Shown here piece by piece: positions 10,593-18,873 of a DNA stretch of 64,000 nucleotides. Position numbers and translations under genes: made by a program. Origin of the DNA: an uncultured virus (IMG/VR IMGVR_UViG_3300046511_000152) (taxonomy: Duplodnaviria; Heunggongvirae; Uroviricota; Caudoviricetes); the IMG/VR virus record IMGVR_UViG_3300046511_000152; one strand, 5' to 3'. Below the pieces are notes generated by a model, which saw only the letters and a program-made list of their open reading frames with translations, was not told the origin of the DNA and ran no database searches. Position 1 is the first letter of the stretch. Each line of letters starts with the position of its first letter.

Positions 10593-11418
10593 CTCACCCT
10601 CGTGTTGACGGTGTCGAAGTGGGCTACGGCATCTCCGTAGTCCGCCACGGTCAAGTCACCGTGGATATTCGCCGCTTCCTGCGTCTGGTGCCATGACTCC
10701 TGCACTTCACCATCCATGAAGTAGATGGTCAGCTTCCACGGGAACAGGCCACGCATGATGGTCTGGATGTTCTTCACGACTGGTCCTCAGCTTCCTCCGC
10801 GCTCGTCTCGGTGTCGTCGGAGTCCAGCATGTTCGCACACGCCTGTTCCGCATCGACAGCCCACACACGGGCGGTGTACGTGACGGTGTACCAGCGTCCG
10901 TCCTTCACTTGCGACCCCCTTGCCTGAACGTCATGCCCCAGTCGTACGGCTCACCACCAGTGGTGCTGCCGTCGAGCGCGAACGTGGTCGGTCCCTCGCT
11001 GGGGTATGGCGAGAGCCAGTAGTTCTTCGGCACCACCATGACCGGGATGCGAACCTCGACGCGGACCCACATGAGGTCCTTGATGATTGTGACGATTGTG
11101 CCGGGGTCGGTCAAGTACAAACCTTCCCACTGGTCGTCACCATCACCGAAGCTCGATGCGAACGCATCCTCCATCGCCGCCAAGAGGGTGATAGCATCCT
11201 CGACCTTCTGGACGAGGTAGCTCGCGTGATACGTGCCCTTCCGGGTCCTCATGACTTTTCCTCCATCAAGTCCTGCACAGCGCGCCGGAGCTTCTCACAA
11301 CGCTTCCGGGCCATCTCTGCCATCAACGAAGCTGTCTCAAGCTGTGAGAGCAGGCTGTCCAGCCGCTGCCGCTTCGTTGGTGCTGGTGCTGACCACGTAG
11401 CACCACCGGGTTCGTTGT

Positions 11419-11766
11419 TCATGCCCAGTACTCCTCCTCGAACGCATCCACCCGCATCGTCAGGGCATCCACGACAGGGTCGAGGTCGGTGGTGTAGTCA
11501 CTCAGCACGGTCCAGCCTTCGTTCCCCAGCACGAACCAGAACCACGAGATGTGTGGGACAGCGCCGTGTGTGAGGTACACGTGGCATTCGTCGTAGGCGA
11601 ACACAGCTTCGACAGCTTCGGTGACCGACTCCACGAGGCTCGTGCCGTCGTCGCCGTCCTCGTCATCCACGCTGTGCAGCACCCAACCCTGCTTCACGGC
11701 TTCGGTGATGTAGGCATCCACGAGGATGCGCTCGACCTCATGCCTGCGTGCGTTGGTGAAGCTCAC
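11419..11766 (-). CDS. hypothetical phage protein
   Basis: ORF with RBS GAGG and W.WFVLGNEG...LSDY segment. Confidence 0.65.
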   Translation of the reverse strand: MSFTNARRHEVERILVDAYITEAVKQGWVLHSVDDEDGDDGTSLVESVTEAVEAVFAYDECHVYLTHGAVPHISWFWFVLGNEGWTVLSDYTTDLDPVVDALTMRVDAFEEEYWA

Positions 11767-12532
11767 TTGTGACCTCGCTTCCTGTGTACGGGTGGCTGCG
11801 GCCCGGTGCTCGGGGCGTGCAGCAGGTTCAGTACCAGCACGAACATCACGACGAGTCCTGCGACCATGACAATCATGCCATCCTCATGTGGCTGCGGACC
11901 ACGCGGGGCCGACGCTCACGGGTGCGGAACTTGTAGATGCCATTGAACGCTGTGGTCATGCGCTCCGCGAACGCCTTGGCCTGTTCCATCGTCCAGAAAC
12001 TCTGCTCCAGTTGCCAGCGCCCCGTGGGCATCTGGCACTCGACAACGAACGGGTGCTTGGGGTCGCGACAGGTCACAGCCGCTCGTCCACGAGTGCACGG
12101 ATGAACCGGGCACATTCCTCGATGGTGGGCAGCGTTGCGAGGGGCCCGTTCATTTCCCGCGTGGCGAGGAACACCGCGTAGTCCTTGCCTGCACGCTCGA
12201 CCGTGAAGTCGGTCAGCTTGAACATCACACCACCTCCGTCTTGACTCGCGTGAAGTGAATCATGTCCGACTGCGCGAGCTTCTTGTTGAGTTCCATGCCG
12301 GGGGGCAGGAGCATCACGACCGTACCATCGGGGTACTGGTCGAATACGAACTGTCCCACCGGGGTGTCTATCTTGACGAACGTCGCCTCTTTCAGCGTGA
12401 CCAGCTTGCGTGCATGGTCGTGCAGCGTCCTGTTCTTGTGTGGCACCTTGTGCTCCTGCTGTTGGGGTTGTACCTCTCCATCCGCGTGTTGCGGTAGGCG
12501 TGTACCGACGCCTCGTTCGTTCTGGAGATGCG

Positions 12533-12620
12533 GGGACGCGGCGGGACTCGCACCCACCTACACCCTACTCTCGGGTCATGACTCCCTACCCTCGGGTGAC
12601 TAGTCTCTATGACACGTCCC
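12533..12620 (-). ncRNA. tRNA-like structured element (not a canonical tRNA)
   Basis: Acceptor-like stem GGGACGUG/CGCGUCCC; T-arm GUGGG-UGCGAGU-CCCGC; two CCC-GAG(G/A)GUA-GGG hairpins. Confidence 0.45.
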
Positions 12621-12621
12621 A

Positions 12622-12652
12622 AAAGTGTGCACGGGGCTGGCATCGCCCCGTG
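12622..12652 (-). terminator. possible terminator or processing hairpin after the first early gene
   Basis: CACGGGGC-N7-GCCCCGUG followed by CACACUUUU. Confidence 0.4.
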
Positions 12653-12674
12653 TCTCACGTACAGCGTGCTGGCG

Positions 12675-12863
12675 TTACGCGGCCTTGCGGACCTTGCGGT
12701 AGGCGTTGAGGCCGAGGGTCACGTCCGTGCCGGGGATGACGATGTTGCCATGCGTGCTGGCGACCATCTCGGTCTTGCCCGAGGCGGACGGCCCGAGGTT
12801 CTCGGAGAGCTTGACGAGAATCGTGGCAACGTCGCCCTTGACCGTGATGCTGACGTTCGACAT
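12675..12863 (-). CDS. small phage protein, first gene of the early operon
   Basis: MSNVSITVKGD...GPSASGKT..VASTHGN; strong AGGAG RBS. Confidence 0.8.
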   Translation of the reverse strand: MSNVSITVKGDVATILVKLSENLGPSASGKTEMVASTHGNIVIPGTDVTLGLNAYRKVRKAA

Positions 12864-12885
12864 GGTGAGGCTCCTGTCTGATGCT

Positions 12886-12940
12886 GGTGGTTTCGCCCTG
12901 CTGGGGCTCATTCAGCCAGTGGGTTGACACTGGGACCACC
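12886..12940 (-). ncRNA. type III hammerhead ribozyme (one extra core nucleotide)
   Basis: GGUGGUC^CCAGUG-UCAACC-CACUGG-CUGAAUGA-GCCC-CAGCA-GGGC-GAAACCACC; stems I, II and III perfectly paired; GUC cleavage triplet. Confidence 0.85.
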
Positions 12941-13552
12941 TGCGAGCAAGGTGCTCGGACCGTTTCCGGTGCGTGCACGATGCCCGCGAGGGTGATGGCT
13001 TGCCTGCCTTCGTCCGGGTTTAGCGGTGTGTCACTCTCTTGTCGCTGCGCTGGGCTTGACTCACCTCGTCCCTTGCGGGTTGTGGTCACTGTCGTCGTCG
13101 CGCTGACTGTAGGAGCCGCCGCGTATCGTCCCGGGCTCATATCTGCCGTGCTGCTGCCACTGAGGCGGTCCGGGTCCGCAGCACGCTTCGCATGGGGACC
13201 ACCCTACAGCCTAAGTCGGTCCCCCGGCGTGCTGGTACTACCTTTCGCCGTGGCATCTCTGGCAGTTCGCAGCGTGACCTTTGCATCCCAGTGTGGGGCC
13301 ACGACTGACTGCGTGGCATCGCTCCCATGGACCGGGTGCTCCGGCTTCGGCTGCTATGTGCGGGTGACAGGGTGTCTTTTGACCGCGCCTGCTCGGTTCT
13401 CCGTCTCGCTTGTGTCAGGAGAGAGCCGAAGCACACCTTGGGAGTGTGCGGACGACTTACGTACGCGGCACCTAACGCGGGCTCCGCCCGCCTGCCCCTT
13501 CGCTTTGCCTATCTCGACCGGCCCCTCGCGGGTCCTGCCGTGTTCCGCTGCC
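12934..13552 (-). ncRNA. candidate ~620-nt structured ncRNA / leader RNA
   Basis: Lies between promoter and hammerhead; no credible ORF; nested long-range helices and GNRA hairpins. Confidence 0.65.
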
Positions 13553-13557
13553 CTTAC

Positions 13558-13586
13558 AGCTTATGTCCGCTGTTTCGCGGTGTCAA
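13558..13586 (-). promoter_or_regulatory. sigma70 promoter TTGACA-N17-TAAGCT with A-rich upstream segment
   Basis: Perfect -35, 17-nt spacer, upstream AACGGAGAAAACGAAACGG. Confidence 0.8.
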
Positions 13587-13653
13587 GGGGTCCGTTTCGT
13601 TTTCTCCGTTGGGTTTCGTCCGCCCGGCCGTTTGCCGGGGCACCGAAGTACTG

Positions 13654-13670
13654 TGCAAGGAGCTTGCCAA
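13654..13670 (-). promoter_or_regulatory. sigma54-type -24/-12 site TTGGCAAGCTCCTTGCA
   Basis: Matches YTGGCAC-N5-TTGCW except one base; exact GG-N10-GC spacing. Confidence 0.55.
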
Positions 13671-13743
13671 CGACCGCCCCATTGTGCGGCAACGACTTAC
13701 GAGGTTGTCAAGTCCTGCGTTTGGGCCATCCGCCCCTGTTTGG

Positions 13744-13934
13744 GTGTGTCCATTTTGACACACTCGCTCGTAAGGCGCGGCGCGGCACGGGCTTGGCGGG
13801 TGGGTTGGAGCGCCCAGCGTTTGGGGCATCTGGCGCAGCGCACTGGGCGCGGTGAGAGTTCACACGCCCATTGCAATGTGCACGGTGGGGACCGTGTAGC
13901 ATGTGTCTCCTGAGACACGTGTCCGTTTTGACAC
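13744..13934. repeat. three GTGTC-N6-GACAC palindromes (13746-13761, 13903-13918, 13919-13934)
   Basis: Directly visible; two copies are immediately tandem. Confidence 0.75.
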
Positions 13935-14097
13935 ACCCACGGCGGGGCTCGCGTGTCGTCACACGCACCGGCTGGGGAGGGTGGCCCTCTCGTCACCATG
14001 GGGTGGGGAGGAGACGGGTGGGGGGCACGACCCCAACTCGCGCGCCAGAAGAAAGAGGCAGGGTCCATGTGGCCCGCAGAAAAAAAGGAGTTTCACA

Positions 14098-14724
14098 ATG
14101 GCAGACGAGCCCAAGCGGGGCGCGCCACCGACGCGCAGGGAACAGGCAGAATCGTTCCTGCTGGCGAATCAGGCTGCAAAGGACTCGGAGGTCGCCGCCA
14201 GTACTGGCATTGATAAGGTTACAGTGGGGAGGGCCAGAGCCAACCTGATCAGTCAGGGTCTCCTGCCAGAGTCCACCCGGAAGCGCGCCACGCCCGCGAG
14301 GGCGAAAGCACCCGCCCGGCCGACCGGCCCCCCGCCTGACAGCCTACTGACAGACGCCGACATGCGCGACCTCGAACTGGGCGCGATGACCGACGAGGAC
14401 ACCCGCAAGAAAATCCTCACCGCCCTCCGCAAGATCGCCTTCTCCCCCGGCATCAACACTGAGACGGCCATGAACGCGATGGCCCTGTGGGTCAAGCTCA
14501 AGGACGCCGCCGCCTCCAAGGAACTCGGCCCCGGCAAGCCCCTCACCCGCGCTGACGCCAAGGAGCGCGTCCTCTCGCTCATGAAGGCGGTCGGCTTCGA
14601 CCTGATCTTCGAGTGCTTCCAAGAACTGTTCGTCCCCAAGGAGGCGACCCCCGATGAAGGGCTCGTACCCGCTGAACACCGCGAAGCTCCACCGGGTCCT
14701 GCTGGAGCTACTGCGGCACCCTGA
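14098..14724 (+). CDS. putative terminase small subunit
   Basis: N-terminal HTH-like DSEVAASTGIDKVTVGRAR; first gene of the late block; AAGGAG RBS. Confidence 0.55.
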   Translation: MADEPKRGAPPTRREQAESFLLANQAAKDSEVAASTGIDKVTVGRARANLISQGLLPESTRKRATPARAKAPARPTGPPPDSLLTDADMRDLELGAMTDEDTRKKILTALRKIAFSPGINTETAMNAMALWVKLKDAAASKELGPGKPLTRADAKERVLSLMKAVGFDLIFECFQELFVPKEATPDEGLVPAEHREAPPGPAGATAAP

Positions 14725-15049
14725 TGTCCATCTCACCTTCCAGATGATGACGGCCCAACAGGGCCACAACCTCTGGGACGAGATCATGCCCCCCACCGAC
14801 ATCCGTATCAAGGTGGACGCCAACCAGCAGACGGGCGTTGTCGATCACATCGGCACGGTCGTCCATGAACTCCTGCACATCGTCGTCTATCCGATGTCCC
14901 TCGGACGTTTCGCGGATGATCTGGACGAGGTGATGGTGCTCGCGCTGGATGCCTACATGCTCGCCTACATTCGCAAGAGCCCGAAGCGGCTCCACGAGTG
15001 GACTGAGGCGATCAACACGAAGCTGAAGGAGAGCGACGCCGAGGCGTAG
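14654..15049 (+). CDS. small zincin-like metallopeptidase
   Basis: VVHELLH (HExxH) followed by a downstream acidic helix. Confidence 0.55.
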   Translation: MKGSYPLNTAKLHRVLLELLRHPDVHLTFQMMTAQQGHNLWDEIMPPTDIRIKVDANQQTGVVDHIGTVVHELLHIVVYPMSLGRFADDLDEVMVLALDAYMLAYIRKSPKRLHEWTEAINTKLKESDAEA

Positions 15050-15059
15050 GAAGGCTCCG

Positions 15060-16405
15060 ATGCCTGATTACAACGAGTGCCACATCTTCGGCAGCATGAG
15101 CGGTCACATCAAGAACGTGGACTGCTGGTGCGAGCCACAGGGCTACTGGATCACAGGCAACGACGGCGAGCCACTCTTCGTCGTAGAGCACACCGACAAC
15201 CACGATGAGGTCGATGAGCAGGGCAACATCCACAAGCGGTCCACGATCCTCCGCATCCGCGAAGGAGACCCGCGAGACTGGATTACCCGTCGCCTCGACC
15301 GCATCTCGTTCCACCAGCACCCGCCAGAAAGGCCACACCCCGATGATCGTCCGCGACCTGATAGCGAGACTTGAACAGACCGATCCCGACGCCCGCGTCT
15401 ACCTGATCTGCGAGCGCCGACTGGGCGAGGACAACTTCCTCGAACGTGTCGAGTTCACCCCCGGCGAGCACCCCGTCGTCAACCTCGTCAACACCAACTA
15501 CGAAGGATGGTTGCTTCCATGAGCCCAATGTCCTCAACCTGCCACAACTGCGGCGGGGCCAAGACTCCGGAGTTCTACTCCGAGCACTACTGCGCTGATT
15601 GCACCAAGGCTGTCGAGGACTCTCGCAAGTTCGGCATCGAGAAGGGTCTCGACCTCGGCACCCTCAAGCGCGAGGCCCTCGGGCAGCGTGCCTCCACGAC
15701 CCACAACAACCGCCCGAATCCTCGCACGCCGATGACGAAGGCCGACTACTGGAACGCCCAGCACCCCACGGGTGCAGAAAGCGAGCAATAACATGCGATT
15801 CTCGATCACCAAGTTCTTCCGCAACCTCGGCCTCCTCGGCCGCGTCGATCTCGGCCAGATGGTTGACTTCGAGCGCCAGATGCTCGAACGCCACAACGAC
15901 CTCGTTGACGATGTGAAGAGCCTGAACAACGCTGTCCGCATCGACGTGGGTATTCGCTCTGGCTCCTACGTTCTATTCCAGCCCACGCACGCGAGGGACT
16001 CAGTCGGCAGCCTCTGCTCCGTCCCACTCGACATCGCGGCCGAAGTCGAGGACACCCTGTCCAAGGCTGACGCCCGCACCCAGATGAAGGTGGCTCAGGC
16101 CCTCGCTCGTGAAGCGCAGGCCAAGAAGCTCACGACCCGGCGCAAACGCGCCAAGAGGTAATATGGATGGCAAGCCCGAGGACGACGAAAACGGCCCCGA
16201 GACCGACAGCGATGGGAAGGGCAAGGCGCATGTTCGCGGCGGTACTCCTCGCGCTGGCGGCTCACACTGGGGAGCGGCACACGCTGTGGTGCCCTCGTCT
16301 CTTCGCGGGGCTCGTGCGGGGAAAGCACGTGGCAAGATCAGAGAAACACTGACGGACGCGAGCTTCGAGTCACACCCTGTGGAGAATCACTTCAATCGGA
16401 GATAA
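15060..16405 (+). other. five small hypothetical ORFs (15060-15374, ~15344-15522, ~15519-15791, ~15793-16161, ~16163-16405)
   Basis: Coupled ORFs with phage-like codon use; one carries CxxC pairs. Confidence 0.6.
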
Positions 16406-16407
16406 CC

Positions 16408-18279
16408 ATGATCGGCTGGGACACAGACGCAGAGCGCGACCTTTGGCGAGCAATCTGCGCTCCCAACTGCTGGTTCGGCAAGAAGGAGGGTGTGCCAGCA
16501 ACGCACCCTCGTTCTCTCCACTACTTCATCGACCTCTGCTGGGGCACGAAGTTCTACTTCGCCTCACACCCTGAGCAGGCGGTCTGGCTCTACGAGCCGA
16601 TCCACGGTCCGTACCTGACGTGGCTCCAGCACCACATCCTCACGTGGAAGGCCCTCGCCCGCAAGCAGAACATCGCCGCGCAGCAGTACTACATCGCCGT
16701 CGTCCTCCCCCGTGACTTCGGCAAGTCGCTGACCGCTACCAAGGCCGCGATGCTCTGGAACCACCTCGATGAGCCGGACATGAGCACCCTGATCTGCTCG
16801 GCCACCGCCCCCCTCGCCGTCGCGAACGTCAAGGCCATCAAGGCCATCGTCTCCGAAGACAGCGGGCAGGCGTGGTTCACGTGGCTCTACGGCAACTGGA
16901 AGAAGGGCGCGAAGACCTTCGCTGACGAGGCCATCGTCCACGGCTACCGCAAGGAACGCTCCTTGCAGGAAGAGTCGTTCGCCTCGACGGGCGTCGGCGC
17001 TGGTATGACCGGATGGCACCACCGTGTGCACGTCTGGGATGACCCGATCTACATCAACAAGCTGCGCGAGGGCGGCAACTACATGACGGGCGTGCACGAG
17101 GCTGTCAACGCCTCCTTCAACGCCCTCCAGAAGAACGGGCTCCTCATGTTCGTCCTCACCCGTTACCTCGACGATGATGTGGCTGGCCGCCACTTCCGCG
17201 ACGAGGGTGTTGCAACGTGGACTGGGATGCCTTGTCCCAACACGATGCAGTTCGATAAGGTCCCCTTCGGTAAGGGCTCGTGGCACGTCTTCTTCTGGCA
17301 GACCGAAGACGAACTCACGGGTGAGCCGACGCACCCGATCCTGTGGACCAAGGAGAAGATCACCGAGGCCAAGCGACGCAACGCGGAGGACTTCGCGTGC
17401 CAGCAGCAGAACAACCCCGGTACCTCGAACCTCTCCCCGCTCATCGAGTCGCAGCTTCCCGACCTCTTCATCGACTACACGGACTTCTTCTTCCAGATGC
17501 AGACCCTCGGCCATATCGAGGCTGCCTCTGTCCATATCGACACCGCGTTCAAGCGCAAGGAGACCATCGGCAAGGGCGATGACAACGCCATCGGCGTTTG
17601 GCTGCACGACGCCCGCCGCAATGGTATCCTCTACCTCGACACGGACCTCCTGCGCGCCAGCAACGAGTGGCGTGAAGAGGACTTCAACGACGAACTGATC
17701 AAGGTTCTCCTCAACCTCCGCCGACGCCAGATTCGCGTCAAGTGCCTCACGGACGAGGTCGAACCCGGAGGGAAGGCTGGATCGTACAAGAACCGATTGC
17801 TCGGTGTCGTGCGCGCTTCTGGCCTTCGCCTCACAGAAGACCAGTTCATCCAGTTCAACCGCACCACCGACAAGAAGGCTCGCATCCGCACCGGCACGGG
17901 CAACTGGGCCGAGGGCTACGTCCGCATCCTCCTGCACAAGGACAAGCAGGGTCAGTGGATCATCCCGCCTGTCGTTCGCAAGCTCTTCAACCAGATACTC
18001 CGCATCGACGTTGTCACCCACGAGGACATCGCTGACGCCCTCACTGACGGATTCGCCAAAGGCATCTGGCGGCGTCCCGATGTGCGGATGCCCGACACCG
18101 ACGAGGGTGATGTCCCCCGCTACCCGGGTGACGAGGCTCTCCGTTCCTTCTCCAAGCCGCTGACCAACGCAGAAGTCTTCGCGATGATCGACGCACAGAA
18201 GGAGATGAACGAGCACTTCGGCCCGATGCACGGACCAGACGACGGCTACCTCGACGAACCCTACGACCCCAATCGGTAG
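16408..18279 (+). CDS. terL: terminase large subunit
   Basis: Walker A LPRDFGKS, Walker B VHVWDD, nuclease motifs HIDTA and HEDIADALTD. Confidence 0.9.
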   Translation: MIGWDTDAERDLWRAICAPNCWFGKKEGVPATHPRSLHYFIDLCWGTKFYFASHPEQAVWLYEPIHGPYLTWLQHHILTWKALARKQNIAAQQYYIAVVLPRDFGKSLTATKAAMLWNHLDEPDMSTLICSATAPLAVANVKAIKAIVSEDSGQAWFTWLYGNWKKGAKTFADEAIVHGYRKERSLQEESFASTGVGAGMTGWHHRVHVWDDPIYINKLREGGNYMTGVHEAVNASFNALQKNGLLMFVLTRYLDDDVAGRHFRDEGVATWTGMPCPNTMQFDKVPFGKGSWHVFFWQTEDELTGEPTHPILWTKEKITEAKRRNAEDFACQQQNNPGTSNLSPLIESQLPDLFIDYTDFFFQMQTLGHIEAASVHIDTAFKRKETIGKGDDNAIGVWLHDARRNGILYLDTDLLRASNEWREEDFNDELIKVLLNLRRRQIRVKCLTDEVEPGGKAGSYKNRLLGVVRASGLRLTEDQFIQFNRTTDKKARIRTGTGNWAEGYVRILLHKDKQGQWIIPPVVRKLFNQILRIDVVTHEDIADALTDGFAKGIWRRPDVRMPDTDEGDVPRYPGDEALRSFSKPLTNAEVFAMIDAQKEMNEHFGPMHGPDDGYLDEPYDPNR

Positions 18280-18291
18280 AAAGGGCAGCCC

Positions 18292-18873
18292 ATGCCCCGC
18301 ATCATCTTCTTCGACATCGAAACCCGCAAAGGCCCCAAGACACTCTGCCCCACGGACGAGCAGGCCGGATGGGAACGACTCCGGCGCGGCGAGGGCGGCA
18401 TCTCAGCCCTGTGCATCTACGACACGAAGCTCTCGTGGATGTACGCCTACGATGACACCCGCAAGGCCCTCGCGACGGCGGCCAAGCATCTCGAAGCGGC
18501 GGAACTGGTGGTCACTCACACCGGCTCCACATTCGATGTCCCCTGTATCGAAGGTCTGCTCGGACGGAAACTCGTCCTGCGGAACCACTACGACATCTAC
18601 GCGGAAGCGAAGAAGGCGTGCGCCCTCCGGGGCATCGTCACCTCAGTCGGTGACCTGAAGTTGGACACCCTCTGCCGGAAGAACATCGGGCGGGGCAAGA
18701 TCGAGCACGGCTCCCACGCGGAGCAACTCCTCGCAGACGGCCGCCTCGGTGACCTCTTCAACTACTGCATGGACGATGTACACCTCACCCACGACCTCTA
18801 CCGCTTCATCTGCGAGCACGGGGGCGTCCACATCAACGGGCACGGTTGGCTGCCCTTGGAGCTACCACAATGA
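18292..18873 (+). CDS. RNase H-like/DEDD 3'-5' exonuclease-fold protein
   Basis: FFDIET, H.G..FDVP and YCMDDV motifs. Confidence 0.8.
   Translation: MPRIIFFDIETRKGPKTLCPTDEQAGWERLRRGEGGISALCIYDTKLSWMYAYDDTRKALATAAKHLEAAELVVTHTGSTFDVPCIEGLLGRKLVLRNHYDIYAEAKKACALRGIVTSVGDLKLDTLCRKNIGRGKIEHGSHAEQLLADGRLGDLFNYCMDDVHLTHDLYRFICEHGGVHINGHGWLPLELPQ

Larger units (their letters stand above)
923..12863 (-). other. early/accessory operon of ~45 small, mostly hypothetical ORFs
   Basis: Continuous head-to-tail minus-strand ORFs with overlapping ATGA/GTGA start-stop junctions and GGAG/AAGGA RBSs. Confidence 0.85.

Noticed and set aside
12533..12620. Canonical tRNA or tRNA-Sec
   Set aside because: No recognisable D-arm or anticodon loop, T-loop lacks UUC, no CCA end; kept only as tRNA-like
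12961..13020. Second hammerhead (CCGGACGAAGGC...CCGGAAACGGUC, minus strand)
   Set aside because: Lacks the CUGANGA core; GAAA is simply the loop of an ACCG/CGGU hairpin
13783..13798. Rightward sigma54 site CGGCACGGGCTTGGCG
   Set aside because: Spacing fits but both the TGG and TTGC elements deviate; plausible by chance in GC-rich DNA
12881..13855. 324-aa plus-strand ORF and overlapping ORFs (12655-13140, 13137-13436) in the switch region
   Set aside because: No RBS, Arg/Ser/Cys-rich composition unlike the real genes; region better explained by promoters and structured RNA
16564..18231. Long antisense ORFs (also 22334-23680, 26533-27984, 58860-59663 and others)
   Set aside because: Shadow frames of well-supported genes, produced by GC-rich codon bias
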